64,000 bases of DNA from positions 2,445,111-2,509,110 of the forward strand of contig MU058824.1 of NCBI GenBank assembly GCA_013265495.1. The letters are read 5' to 3'. Positions 50,620-64,000 of this stretch are shown here, in pieces. How positions within the stretch are numbered: position 1 is the stretch's first letter; every line of letters begins with the position of its first letter. Position numbers and translations under genes: made by a program. The stretch is from Vicugna vicugna. Its lineage: Eukaryota. The notes under the pieces are model-generated. The model saw only the letters and a program-made list of their open reading frames with translations, made no database searches and had not been told where the DNA came from.

Positions 50620-52670
50620 CCTAACAACATCTTCTCAACTCTTTGCAACACCTTCTCTGAAGTGGATGGTAGAGGCTGATTTCTGTGGAACGCAGAATGT
50701 TTTATTCATCTAAAATAACTCTCACAAGCCTCCTGCCCTAACTGTCCACAGAGCCTCTTCTAACCCAAAGGAAGGTTAACAGCCCTGCAGCTTTATGGTC
50801 TTTTTCTTTCCAGTGAGTGAATTGGGAATATGAGATACCTCAGTGTTTAACATTCTCCCCAACTTCTGGTCCCAAAGCTTCCATTCCCATCGGTGCTTTA
50901 GATGCAATCAGGACCACCTACCTAACAACGCACTTTGTCAAACCTCTAAACATTACCTCTGACCATGACAAGCACACTAAATTCTTTCAACTAGGGATTA
51001 ATACCTTAACAGAAGTTATGAACATTAGGTCTACTTGATGTGAATTTGTTCAGGGCAAGAGCAGAATTCCCACTTTTCTGGCCTTTATTCCAGAATAATG
51101 CTTAGAGATCATCTGGAAGTAGTAAGCTTCTAGGGCTGTGTCTGCAGCATTCAAATCAAGATTTGCCAGTCAGCCTACAAAGGAGATTTTTGACCAATAA
51201 TCCAAAGCACAAACAATGGCCAAATAATCATCTGAATTAGAAGGCAGATTTCTTTCCTCAGCAGTTTTACTTTCATTGTTTAAAGTAGATACCCCACCCC
51301 ACCCCCACCAATCCCCAAATGACTAGTTCCTTGAATTATTGGCACTTTCCATTTTTTCACTGGCTGCTTCTTATCTCAAGAGGGTTGGCTACGTGCCTAA
51401 ATGCCACTTTGTTCTCCAGTGACTTTGCCTCATTAAATTCAAATTTGCATTTACTAAGATTAAACATAGGCCTGACTTTAGGAACTGAACCTGATACTAA
51501 CTGGAGTTGTTTCAGATGTCCTTCAACATATTAGATAAATATTCATGGATAAATTTAGTGATATGGAAAAAAATACCTGGTCCACATACTTCATTAACTA
51601 ATCTTTGGAGAATGGCTAAAGAGTTACTCAATTCAAAGGGACAAATCATGAAACCTCATATTGCTAAGATCTTAAAATATATATATAATTTAAAACAAAT
51701 TAATTTGTTCAATATAAGCTGTTTTCAATTTTTCATAAAACTGAAATTTGCTTTTCCCAGGCATTCTAATATGATCACCATTTGTCTTCCACAGTGTGTC
51801 TTGCTTCTTTTTAATTTTCTGGTCAGTAGATTTAGGAAAGACACCTATTACTGTATCTGTCCTCAGCCTATGAGAAATCTCCCCGAAGGCAAGACATTGT
51901 GGGTCACAGTACAGTGTCCATCCTTCACTGTGCTCTGGTGCATCTGACCAGATTTACATGTTGATACCTTGTCTCATCCCCCAAAACAGAACAGCTCTCT
52001 TCTGGTCTTCATAAATGACCAAGGTAAGTCAACACGAAACATGGCTTTTATTATTTTCCTAGTGTGATAATCAGTTGCTAATAACCATTCCAGTTGGATC
52101 TCTCAGGAGGGTGCTTTTACAACTTTCAGTTCCTTTAGTGTACTTGATTCAGGTACATACCTGAGGAGGAGGTCAAAAGGCTTCCTGTTCTGTAGGAGAG
52201 GTCTGAGGACCATTATCCTGCCATTTTCCTCCATGTTTTCTTTGTTTTGTGGCTCTACATTTTCTCTTTGGTTTTAATACCCACTCGAAAAATCACCAGT
52301 CCAATGACTGGGAATGGGCATGACCTGGAACTCCATATATTTACCATGTATGGAACCTCACCTCCACTTCCCAACAGCAGAGACAGGTAGGTAACATAAA
52401 AGATCAACTCCCTACACGATAGAGTTCAAGCCATATCCTCCGGCAATCATCAGAAGATTTTAGTATCTAACATGCCTTAAACTTTCTATTTCCACAAGTT
52501 CATTATATTTAGCTTGATTTCTGTCTCATTTGATATCACAACTTACTTCTCTCACATCCCTCTGGGTTTTCATAATTTGGAGTTGACAGTTTGGGTTTGG
52601 TAGATGTGAGACTCAAGGACTTAAAACATCACCTTCTTCAGGTGTCCTGTATATTCACATAAGTAAAAGC
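50620..52670 (-). mobile_element. Decayed Ty3/Gypsy LTR-retrotransposon internal region (gag CCHC, PR, RT, RNase H, IN), MamGyp-like
   Basis: Manual minus-strand translation gives colinear degenerate motifs: zinc knuckle 52668-52626, LDT 52470-52462, RT 51830-51380, RNase H 51256-51170, integrase 50869-50620. Many stops, frameshifts and deletions. Confidence 0.8.
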
Positions 52671-55600
52671 CTTCATCCTATATGCCTAGAAACTTTCTTC
52701 TGAACTCTAAGAGGTCTTTACTTCTTCCTTTCTAATTTATTTGTCCTGTAAAGTTCTTGAAGCCAAACTCCTTTGAGTCGATGAAGGCTCACCTACTAAC
52801 TCTGCAGCGTGGGGCTGCTGAGGTAAACTTACTGTTTCTTACGGAATTAGAATTTTCGTTGGGATTCTATAACGGAATTGGTATTGTCCAATTAAATCAA
52901 AAAGTTTTCCAAAGCAGTTATATGGGTCTCATTCAGCCACAATTTTTTTTTCCCACTGAGTAGTGGTTCTTTGTGCTGAAGCTTTAAATTAAGTTCTAAA
53001 TTTCATTTTATATGGTCACCACCAATACAGTACGGTAAACTCATATTTACCTGGAGACCTGCCTTCCAGCACTTCAAGCATTAGTAATGGTTTGACATTC
53101 AAAACCAAACTAATTGAAAAACTCGATTTCAGCAGTGAATAAAGACCCCTAGGTATCTGGCAACAACAAAAACATCAAAGAAGACTGCACCTTATGATTA
53201 GCCAGTTCACAGAAAGAAAGACTGGTTGAGGACCTCCTTCAGAGCTCAGTCTCTTTGAGCTAAAGCTGAGAAGTGCTGGAAAAGTTAGACAACTGAGAAC
53301 AAGAAGAGGAAATGGGACTCAATAAAGACAAAACTGATAGGTTCAAACCCGAAGCTTCTATGGACAGTGGGTGGGGCACATGCTGTACACAGGAAAACAC
53401 CCTGAGACAAGCCATACCTGTCTGGCTCAGCGTCCCAGACCACCAACTCTGCCCTGCAGTGGTTCACGGATGCTTCACGCTACGTCCAGCATAACTCAGA
53501 AAAGGTTGTAATTTTTAGTCACTTCTCTTAAAACACAAGTGTTTGTGGCATATTTCACAGGAAGTTAATCGAAGGTAAAGGTGAAAAGTTCCTTGCAGGG
53601 GGTACCCCTGACTGTTCACAAACCATCTACCCAGAGAAACTCTTCCTCCACCATCTTGGACAAGTAGTTTTATGGACTCTGTGTATTTCAAGGCTAATAC
53701 TCTCTTTCACTCCCATCCCTCTTCCCAGTAAGAACGTCATACTGATGCTGACTGCAACTATTTACATTCGGATAAACTTCACTCTGGCCCAAGGTTAGGC
53801 TCTTGCTCACAGATCCCTTTAGGAAGACGTTACCCTGGTTGAATGTGCTGCAGATCTTTCTGGGATGATCTTGGCTGGCAGCTGTGGCTTTCACTGTACA
53901 TTCTAGCTAAGTCTCATCACCTTTGTGGGGAGCAGGATCTGCTCCTCTGGGATCGCAGAAACTCACTGCATCTTGGAGCCTCACTCAACCCCTTTATCCG
54001 CTGCTCCTTATTTTTCACTTTAAACTTTAGTCCTGCCCCCTTCAGTTTTTCCTCTGTTTTCATAGAGGTAAGTTCCTCTGTAGTTTGCAGGGCATGCCTC
54101 TGGTTTACGGTGGATTTTAACCTGCTTTCATTTAAACTGGGCTGCCCCTCAAAAAACAATAGCTGCCTTTCCCATACACCTGCTATGTGTCTGTACTGTA
54201 TTGACAGCGGCTTTTTATAGTTTTTGTCATTTAATTCTAATAACTCTAAGAGATGGGTAGAAAGTCACATTTTAAAGCAGGCTGAGGCCCTGATTTGCAT
54301 GCTGAAAGAAATATTGCTGAGAAATGGCTAAGGCAAAAACCTAATTCCAAAGCCCAAACTCTCTACTGTACTATGGGGCCCTGCAGGGAAGTTTTCTGTC
54401 TCACGTTCCAGAAGAGCAACCACACATTGCCCCTCACAACAAGCCATATAGAGAGGCACATATTACTAAGTCCTTTTTACCTTAAAATTTCTGTACGATG
54501 TTTGAACCTGTTTCTGACATTGTTTATAGGAGAAACAGCCCTGGGCATGCTCTCAGTGTTTCTGCTTTTCAGCAAAGTGAAAAGCAAGAAGTCAGAAAAA
54601 AGGAAAATAACCATGGTGTAACTGTTTAAAACTGTCTAAAAATAACCATGATGTAACAGTTTTTAAAACTGTTTATGAGCAGACTGTTAAACGATATTCA
54701 GAGCTATTAAAAAAAACAGTTTTGAAAAATGTCAATAGACATAATTAAGTCTGGCAGTTTTTGTCATCCTAGACACAACACTTCACCAAGCAAATTCTCA
54801 TATCTAAAAACTGAGTGTGACTGCTTCTCAACAGTCCTATTCAAAGTTGAGGCACAGCATAGAAACAAGGAAGACACATTACATTTCTGCTTCATATTCT
54901 ACCCTTCACTGCCTGGACAGAAAATCATGCCACAAAAATGCATCTGAGAAGTCAAAAAATTAAATATCAGTTGTTTGTGCACCTGAAATTTAGTAGGAAA
55001 CCATCCATCTTCAATAAAATTTTAATGTCAAAGAGACAGGTACTCTCTCACTTGCAATCCTAGCAAGAGAAATTTCGAGGCTTTGCAGATATGTAGACTA
55101 GCAAGGATGAAAATTTCCCCCTAAAAGCTATAAATTAAGCTATACAAATACTAGTAATTATCATGCAGTATAAAATAATCAGAAACATAATACATTAAGA
55201 AGAGTCTGTGAAGTTAATTTAAAATTGTTTACTGCAAAGATAACTTCTTTATCAAAGTATAATAGTGACTTATATGTTTATTGTGACAGTAAAAGGGGCT
55301 CTAAGTTCATTGAAGACATAAATTCATGAATGTCTATGGATTTAAAAAATAAAAGAACCATATGCTGTCCAAGAAGGAGCTCCAGGCCCTGAACCTTCAA
55401 ACTGAGCAGCCTGGTGAAACCTCAAAAATTCCAAGATTAGGGAAACCGAGGGGGTCCTCAATGCTGCTAAGCCAGAATCAAGTGAGAATATTCTTCCCGA
55501 AAAGGAGTAAAAATGAAAGGAATTAGGAATTCCCACTGTAAGAACAACCCCATATTAAATATAAATCAGGGGTAACATTCTTAAGATCATTAAACATTCA

Positions 55601-56752
55601 TGACTTTTTAAGTAGGGAAACAACCATATTTCCAGAGTTTGATATTTCCACTTCACACTGTATATTCATCAGCATGTCACATTGCCCTGAATTGTTCTTA
55701 GCAGCCAAGGCAGTGACTGGTACCTGGAGGTGCACAATAAATGATGTATGAACAAATAAGATAGCTGGATAGATGGATGGATGGATGACTCCTGCTTGGA
55801 AAGCCCAGGGGACTTGAGTTGGTCAAGTGCCCTGGAGGGAAAAGTAGTTACAAAAATACATGCTGCCTTTGGCCAGGTGCTTTTAAGAGGGAATGGCCTA
55901 CATTCTGCCCAAGAGGGTTAGGGGCCAAAATACATATTAAGTTAAAGAAATGAAAGCCTTCTATCAAACAATAATTGTCATGCGTATTTAAGCTTAGAAG
56001 CACCAAGCACTTATAAGCTTAGAAGTACCAAGTCGCTGTTAATCCTACCATTTATAACAGTTATGCTGTTGAATGTATTCTATGTAAATAAAAACATTAA
56101 GAAATATCTGAAAATTAATTACTTTGGTTTAAGAATCTAGTTGTCTCTATTTCTGGCTGAATTAATAAGATTTCTAACAAACTACTCTGATCCATCATTT
56201 TATTATAATAAATACTCAAGTAGGAACAGGTATGAGAACTGAACAGCTCACTTTTCAATTTTTTTCTCCAAAGAAGTTTGTAAAAATTTAAAATGTGAAC
56301 CCTACGTTAATTTTAAGAAATGGTATTCTATAAAGAATTAGACAAAATAAGTAAAATTTGTTCAGCTGAATATCTTTAAAAATGCTGAGGAACAATCATA
56401 TAAAATTTGAGGCTAACAAAAAATGTTCTATTACTGGTAAGCTGAAGTGATTACAATGACATAGCCATCGGTATCTATGGGCAACAGTTCAATACAAAAT
56501 GGTATACATATTATCATATATTAAACACATTTAAAAATGATTTTAAAACAAAATATATAAAAGCAGAAATTATGACACACACAGCCCTCAACCTTGAGAG
56601 AGATGTGTTAATCGTAGGGATAAAGGTTAATGGAGCAAAATTATGCAATGTGCTTCATGCTCCCCAGATAAAAGGTGCTATGACTAACAACTCAAAATCT
56701 GAAAGCAGGGCAGGGAGGTGGCATCAGAAGGGAGGAATAAGAAGAAACGTAC

Positions 56753-56970
56753 CGTGCAAATATGAGGCCAGTGTTCAAACTGTTGTAAAATTCCTTGATT
56801 AAGTTCTTCTTTATATAACTCTTTGTAAAAATGTGGAAGCTTAGATATCCAAATGCCATTGTTATGCTTGTTTAGTATCTCCTTTATGCGGTTTTGAACC
56901 TCATCCATTTTATAAGTGTAAGAGGCAGGAGGCGTGACATTTGGCTTTTCAACAGCCTGATTTAAATTAT
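56753..56970 (-). CDS. TDRD7: TDRD7 exon 6 (218 nt), LOTUS 2
   Basis: ttaaag|AT AAT...ACG|GTACGT. Encodes (D)NLNQAVEKPNVTPPASYTYKMDEVQNRIKEILNKHNNGIWISKLPHFYKELYKEELNQGILQQFEHWPHICT. Confidence 0.97.
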
Positions 56971-59233
56971 CTTTAAATTAAAAAAATGATAGAATTAACC
57001 AGAATGCTTAACACTTTAGATTACTCCCATTACCTAATATTTGTGTCTCTAGGCTTTGTTATTCTTCAGGCTTGTAGGGGTCAAGAGACTTGGAAGAAAG
57101 CAGGATTAGGCAGATGTCAACTTCATTCTAAGTTTTAACCCTGAAATAACCAGGGTCAACAGTCACCCAGAGAGGGAGCCTAGCCCCTTTATTTTACAAG
57201 GGTACTTCACAGTTTAATTTAAACATCAGGATGATCTTGTTTCATAAAGAATAATGAAATTTATTATTTAACCAATCATTTTCTAATTGCAACTAAGAAA
57301 GGTTAAATTTTAGACAATAATAGCATATATATAATGCTGAATTTAAAGCTATGCTCTACAAAGCATAAGATAATGCCTTAACAGTAAAATTGAAGAACAT
57401 TTTATAAAAGTAATTGTCCAGGTTTTAAGATTTGATCAATTTTTCCCTTTATTAATGAGAAAAAATAATATAGCAATAAACAGAAGTTCAAAAGTTGATC
57501 CACCTGTAATAATCATCTTAGCCTCAGTTTATAAACATAAGTAATAGATCTGGTGTCCATAGATAATTATTAATGATTTGTTTTTATTTTCCAAATCCAA
57601 ATCATTTATTTTTCATAAATGAATACTTAAAAAGTTTTGGCTAGCTCTCTTACTCACATTTATTTTTTATTTACAACTTAGAATGCCTGTGTTAACATTC
57701 TGAGGCAATAAAGAAATTTAATTGTCCACTATGGCTGACATTTCTGGCATTTTAAGAACTATGAAACTCATTCCAAACCTCTTCTAAATTTCACTAGGAT
57801 ACAGATTAGAGGTATATTAAAAATGACCACCTATAAGCAAAATACGTTCATAGTTTAAGAAGATAGTATTTCTGGTGAGATTCAATAATTTTATTTCATT
57901 TTTAGACAAGCTGGTAAACAAGCTGGTAAACAATGCCAGGAAGACAAAGGGAGAGCTGTTACTTGAGGATAGCTGGATACTAACTCTGCCTTACCCCCCC
58001 ACGGCCTTGCTGACACTTAGTTTGGCTCAGCAAACAGAAGGGTCCAGAATGTCCACATGTATCTCCTATTTAAGGCATAGCTGATTTATAAAGTTCTTGC
58101 CAAATAATGATAAATAAAAGAACTAGGAAGAAGGAAAAGATGAATTTCTCAGAACTGGCCAGTCCCTCTCTTAAAGAGAGTGTCAGCAGCTGACACACAG
58201 TTGGAGTCCTTGCAAATGTACCTGCTCTGTGGGGCCACTACAGTCATTTAAGCTTTTGTACCTTTTGTTAACAAATCAAGGAAGCACTCCGCTCTGCTAG
58301 CAGATAGAAGTTACATATAAATGCGTGTAAATCAGCTGCTGGGTGAATTGCAATTCTCCTGAAACAAGTTCTTTTGGTTCTGCAGAAAAAGCTTACTCTA
58401 ATTTAAAGAATTTACAACCTCTAAAGAGTATACAACTTTACTGAATAGCCATTTTTCAGAAAATACATATGTTAAAGTGATTGATACAAATACAATTAAT
58501 TGTTCAATTTATTTCCATCAGAAATACTGGAAATGTATTCCCATGGAAAAAAAATGATTTCAACCCAGTAAGAATCACACTTACAGCAGCAAATCATTTA
58601 TAATCACATTTAAATTTCATGCAGCATAAATACTAATTCTGAAAATAGTGTCCCTAGAGTGGGTCAAAGAGCAGATGATTTACACTTTGGGTGGAGGAGG
58701 CAAGATAAGTGGGTGCATTTCCAATCTTCAGATTCTTCGACTTTATTATGTTTCCTATCATTTTCTTAATAGCCCTTTTGGATTTTATAACCTGAGGAAT
58801 CACTTATATTCATATTAAGATGCTCAGTAGTCACTGCACAGAGTTTAGGAGACCAGCTTTTACATGGTATCTGAGTATCTGAAACTATTTTATGAGCTGA
58901 AGTCCCACACTTATGTACTTTAAATCTTATTCTCTAATGAGTGAGTGACAAGGGACACAAGGATCTCTGCAGGTGACATGTGGAGGTAAAAAAGAATAGG
59001 TCTGCTGTGAGAAAGGCCTTAAGTCAGAGTAATGATATCCTTGAAGATAATATTTTCCCTGTACATCACTTCAATTCAAAATTTAAAGAAATTAGGAAAG
59101 AGGGGAGGAGAAATATATTCCAAGTAGGAGAAGGTGAGTGCAAAAGTCAAAAGCCACCACCAGATATTTTTCTTGGGGCTCTGAGGTTCCAGAAGCCGTA
59201 ATGTATCATGAAGACAATGTTTAGAAGACATAC

Positions 59234-59307
59234 CACTCATTTCCTTAGTAAAGGTTCTTGAGAGATGCATCTGAAAAGGTGGTGGAAGGGATGCCTTTGG
59301 GCTAAAC
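59234..59307 (-). CDS. TDRD7: TDRD7 exon 5 (74 nt); upstream exons lie beyond the window
   Basis: ctgtag|G TTT...AGT G|GTATGT. Encodes (R)FSPKASLPPPFQMHLSRTFTKEMS(D). Confidence 0.95.
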
Positions 59308-60886
59308 CTACAGTATAAAAAAAGAAGTAAATTAAAATTCAAATAGCAAAATCAATACCAAATTTTAAATGCTATACTTTTCATTTAAAGTCTCTGTGGC
59401 ATTGAATAGCAAAGTCATTAAAATATTTCAAATAGGGGCAAAAATTAAAATAATACCTGGTATCAGCTTTCATGTTTCATATTCACCAGAGATGATATAT
59501 TAATGGCTAATATTAACCAGAAATTTAAAAGAAATTGGAAGTCAGGGGATTAGCAATATAAAATAAAGAAGATGATGCAAAGCATAAACAGCTGAACATA
59601 AAGGAAATTTTGAAATATAACTAAGAAATGAAGGACTTGTATCACCAGATATTGAAATGTATTATAAAGGTACAACACTTAAAATAGTTGAACAGTTAAG
59701 TAAAACAGCAGAAAGCTTAGAAACACTCAATTTACATAATATCCTAGCGCACGATAAAAGTGGCATTTCAAACCAGAAAGGGGATTCCTTAATTAATACT
59801 TAGAAACACAGATTTTCCATGTCTTACCCTCATTATTTTCATGTGAATTATACTAGATATATGTGGAAAGATTTCCCAAAAACGAGGACAAAGAAATAAC
59901 CCCCCACCCTCTCCGTACACAGAAACCATTTGTGTTCATCTCTGTCTCCCTCACTAGATTCCAAGTGTCTTAATTATTTGTGTTTCTAATGCCTAGGGCA
60001 GTGCTTGGTACATACAAAGCAGGGTAAATGTTTATGGTAAGAACAAATGGGACGACTGAGTGAATCAGTGACTACATCTTGCCCAGCAGTGGCTATGGGA
60101 CTAGAGTGGTGGTAGTGGCACAGTACACCTATTTCACGATTTTTGAATAGTATGGAATACTCTAAAAATTAGATCAATTCTTTGAAATGAAGCGCATCTC
60201 ATCAAAATATTTTAATTGTAAAAGAAATTATTAGATTGTAGGCTACCAGTAAAAAGCTTATTTAGTATATGAAGCTCTGCCATTATGAGAGCATCACATT
60301 TGTGTATTAATACATCTGTATAATGACAGAAGATGCCAAAAACATATATTCAACTCTTACTTCTGCAGAGCTGGGAGGGAGACAGACATCCTCTCCCTTG
60401 CACCAGAGCCCTAAAAATGTAAGCTGGAATCTTCCTGTGCTTTGAGTCAGCTATGAGGGCTCTAGTAGAAAGCAAAGTGTTACGAGTGAGGAGTGAAAAT
60501 ACAGCAGGGGCTGCTATGGGTCAAGCACTGGTAGGTCTAGTGCACAGGAAAGAACAGAGCCAACACAACAAAAGAAAGATATTCAAGGAAAACTGTAGGG
60601 ACACATGAAAAACCAACATAGTAAGATAACAAAGGTACAAACCAGTTTTATAACAATAAGTATGAAAGACACTTTTTTGTTTCCTAAAAGACAAATACTT
60701 ACGCTGCTCCCCCGCAAAATCCCCAAATTTAAACATGTCATTTATTAGAGACACAATTATCATCCCACTAATATTTAATAAGGATCTACTATTATGTGCT
60801 AGACATTGTGTCAGACAGTAATGATCAATGATAAACAAGAGAAATATCACCACTCTCGTGAACTACACAGAGTTGAGAAAACTGAC

Positions 60887-61378
60887 TGTGGTAAGCCACT
60901 AGTAGATGGCCTCCTGGTATCTACAGCTGTGGTAATCTCCTCACCTTGAGTAACTTGCTTCTAATCAATAGGACACTTCAAGGCTAAGGGGATTATAAAT
61001 AATTAGATTACAACAGATTCTAATTTCCACTTTGCCAGCATACTCTCTCCCTTGCTGGCTCTGATGAGGCAACTGGCCATGTGGGGAGGCCTATGTAGCA
61101 AGAAACTGAAGGTGGTCCTTGGCCAATAGCCAGACAATCTAAGGAACAACTCAAAAGGAATGAAATGTGCCAACAACCATGTGACTGAGCCTGGAAGCGG
61201 ATTCCTGCTCCGCTGACCCTAGCCATGGCCGGTATCTTGTCTGCAGCCTCATGAGAGACTCTGAAGCAGAGGACCCAGCTAAGTGGTTCTTAGATGCCGA
61301 ACCCACAGAAGCTAGGGGATAAGTACGTGTTGTAAACTGCTAAATTTGTTCATCTGTTACACAGTAGATAATTAATGC
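60887..61378 (+). mobile_element. MLT1 (E/F-type) LTR
   Basis: ggccatgtggggaggcctatgtagcaagaaactga...gagagactctgaagcagaggacccagctaag...gttacacagtagataa. Confidence 0.8.
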
Positions 61379-61449
61379 GTTGATAGAATCTATAAATAAG
61401 AACAAAGTCTACTAAGTGCTATAATAGGGGCCGTAGGTATAATAAAAGC

Positions 61450-62710
61450 ACATGATAAAAGCCCCAAACCAAGTTAGGAGGCAGAGAGAAGGAAGTAGAA
61501 AGTAAAGGTTATTAACACTTAATATAAAGTTATCATATTTGAATAGTTTGGCATTGCAGAAGAATAGACAGGAATGGAAAGCCCAGAAACTTTGAGTCAT
61601 ATATTTGCAACAATTTAGTATTGGTGAAGATAGCATGTCAAACCAGCTGGGAAAGAAAGGATTATGTCATAAATGATATTAGGACATGTGGCTAACAGGA
61701 AAAAGATTCCTATTCTCACCTATACAACAAAATAAATCCCAGATGAACTACAGATTTATATGCAAAAAATAAAACCATAAGAATTCTGAAAGAAAACAGA
61801 AGACAAATTACATAATATCGGAGTAGAAATGCTTTCCTAAGCATAACACCTAAAGGCAGAAGCCATAAAGGAAGAGATTAATAGATGTACCTATATAAAA
61901 TTTTAAAGTTTTGCACATCAAAAATATAATAATTAAATAAACTGAGGGAACATTGCCAACATATTATAGGACAAAAGGGTCAACATCCTTAATTTATAAA
62001 TCACTTTTACAGTTTAGGAAGGAAAAACCAAAGAAAAAAGACATATAATTCATAAAAGAGCCATAAAAGGGCTAATAAACATATGAAAAAGTGTAACTTT
62101 CTTAAGAATTAAAATAAAAGAAACAGAAATGAAAACACAGCTGCATTTTTTCACCTTTTAGAATACCAAATAAAAACTGATGCCCATTGTTGGCACGGGA
62201 ACAAGTAAATGATCATTCCCATACACTTTTAGAAGAATCTAGTTGGTGTAATTTGTTTAGAGCACAAATTAGTAGAGCCTTCGTGTGTAAATCCCCTATC
62301 TAGTTGCTCTACTTCTACCAATGTAGTCTAAGGAACTAGTTGTGAGTATATGCAAGGACTATTCTATAAATATGTTCACTGTAGAATTGCTTACAATAGT
62401 GAAAATCACTTATATTCAACAATAGGTGGTTGGACAATGGACTACCCTAAAAATGATAATGTAGATGTGTTCTTAATGATATGAAAAATGTTCACAATAT
62501 AGTGCCTTTTAAAACAGGTTATAAGATAGTAATACATGACTCAATTTGTATTTTTTTAAATGTATGTAACTATGTAAGACAGAAAGATACTTTTAAATGT
62601 TTACATTTATGTCTGGATTAGAGGTGATTTTTTTTTTCTTCCACTTACTTTTTTTTATACTTTGCAAATTTTCTACACCATACACATAAGTACTTCTGTA
62701 ATCAGAACAA
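61450..62710 (+). mobile_element. Old L1M ORF2-end/3'UTR
   Basis: aaaataaatcccagatg, taaacatatgaaaaagtg, tatgttcactgtagaattg motifs. Confidence 0.75.
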
Positions 62711-63817
62711 CGTATTTTAGGAAATGCATCTTATAAATATTTAGTACATGAGTTTTACATCTACAAGTCTCAGAAACCTACATTTATTTACTTTAGCTTA
62801 ATATTTGAAAGATGTCTTTTCAATCACGCTGCCTGCTGGCTAATGCCAACAGTCCTTTATTCATATTCAAAGTTCATGATCTTACTTACTACAATTTACA
62901 TACAGCAACTTCTCTCTTTCTAGGCCTAATGCAACCCTGGCCTTCAGCACCATATTCATCTATGTTTTAATGCATAAATATATTCAATGCCTCATTTTAA
63001 TAATCTTTTCACTTAAACAAAATAAAATGGTGATGAACTACATTATTTTAGAAATAAACATTTCCCAGAGAAACCACAAATCAATCATATATCCTCAATT
63101 TTGATCCCTCTTTCTATTTTACTGTAGACACATGGTAAACTTAGACTGATACCTACAATATTAGAGAATATCAGTTGTGTTATTTTTCTAGAACCTTCTA
63201 GTTTGTTAACTGGCAGGCATGAGTTCTCAACCAGCATTTTTGAGAATGGTCTTCTGGGGCCAGTGTATCTCCTGTTTTAGTATACAAAGAGGCACATATA
63301 TGTACATAAATTAATTTTTCTAGGAAGATCATTTATAGCTTTCATCAGCTTCTCAAAAGATTTGGTAAATCCAAAATGTTTAAACTCATAATAGCTTACA
63401 CTACTTAATACTACTGCTTAAGATTTCGTAAGTTTAGAAATAAAATCTTTGGCTATTCTATTCTGATAAAAGCTTCTCTGACATTGTAACTAGAAAGGCT
63501 GCCCATAATCTCTGCCACTGGATGGTATTTAGATTTCTCTCAAAAGATTTCTTTCAATTTGTCATTACGCTCTTTAAAAAAGGATTTGATGAAGGTGTTT
63601 TACAATATCTTTAATAACCAATAATTAAAATAGTCTATAATGTAATCCATACAAAGAAAAATAGCTGGAGACAACTGTGTATGTAATTCTAGAAATCATT
63701 GTACAAGAATGTATAAGACATTCTACTACACAGAATTCAAAATTCTTACCATGAAAGGCAAGAGACAAAAGCGTGTATTATATTAATTCTCAAAACTAAA
63801 ACCAGCTTTTGCTATCA

Positions 63818-64000
63818 ATTTTTAAACTTTTATTTTGAAATACTTATAAATTCATGGAAATTCACCAAAAAAAATGTCCATTTAAGTCCCATGTACCCTT
63901 TGCCCAGTTTCCCCCAATGGTAACATCTTGCATAGTACAGTATCAAAACCAGGCAACTGACATTGGTACAATTCAGAGCTTATTCAAATCTCACCAGTTT
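63818..64000 (-). mobile_element. L1MC-like 3' end
   Basis: tttttattttgaaat...cccagtttcccccaatggtaacatcttgcat...gacattggtacaat. Confidence 0.75.

Noticed and set aside
50620..52670. Domesticated Gypsy-derived gene (PEG10/RTL-like)
   Set aside because: No long ORF. The RT YxDD is unrecognisable, CCHC and integrase cysteines are mutated, and there are multiple stops, frameshifts and deletions.
63740..63775. Donor-like ATG|GTAAGA as a possible TDRD7 exon 4 end
   Set aside because: The upstream sequence does not encode the expected residues preceding R-FSPK. Exon 4 appears to lie outside the window.
1..64000. tRNA, rRNA, snoRNA/miRNA genes, CRISPR arrays, prokaryotic systems
   Set aside because: None recognised. 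The DNA is mammalian, and the small hairpins seen (e.g. ~23450, ~25080) are too short to support an RNA gene call.

Overview
Mammalian genomic DNA carrying two tandem genes on the minus strand. It is probably a cetartiodactyl, and an L1 tail plus the absence of recognisable Alu, B1, Bov-A/tA, PRE-1 or Can-SINE elements suggests a camelid (inference). (1) The 3' two-thirds of TDRD7: 13 coding exons from 59307 down to the TAA at 23900. They total 2734 nt with consistent splice phases and correspond to exons 5-17 by recalled human numbering. An AATAAA lies at 23678-23683. (2) The 5' end of TMOD1: a CpG-island promoter and non-coding first exon near 18.4-18.6 kb, an ~18 kb first intron, and the first coding exon (ATG at 439, MSYRRELEKY...DPD), which the ORF track misses. 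The rest is intronic or intergenic DNA rich in old repeats (L1, L2, L3/CR1, MIR, MLT LTRs, hAT and Tigger MITEs). Almost all listed ORFs outside these exons are spurious. The most notable observations are: a heavily decayed Ty3/Gypsy retrotransposon in TDRD7 intron 6, still readable in gag-CCHC/PR/RT/RNaseH/IN order; two consecutive GC-AG introns in TDRD7; a complex locally templated 59-bp insertion; and a multi-donor TMOD1 promoter with a MEF2/TATA, E-box and CArG-like module and a conditional uORF. I found no convincing evidence for a wholly new gene system. Repeat family names come from recalled consensus sequences, not from a database search.
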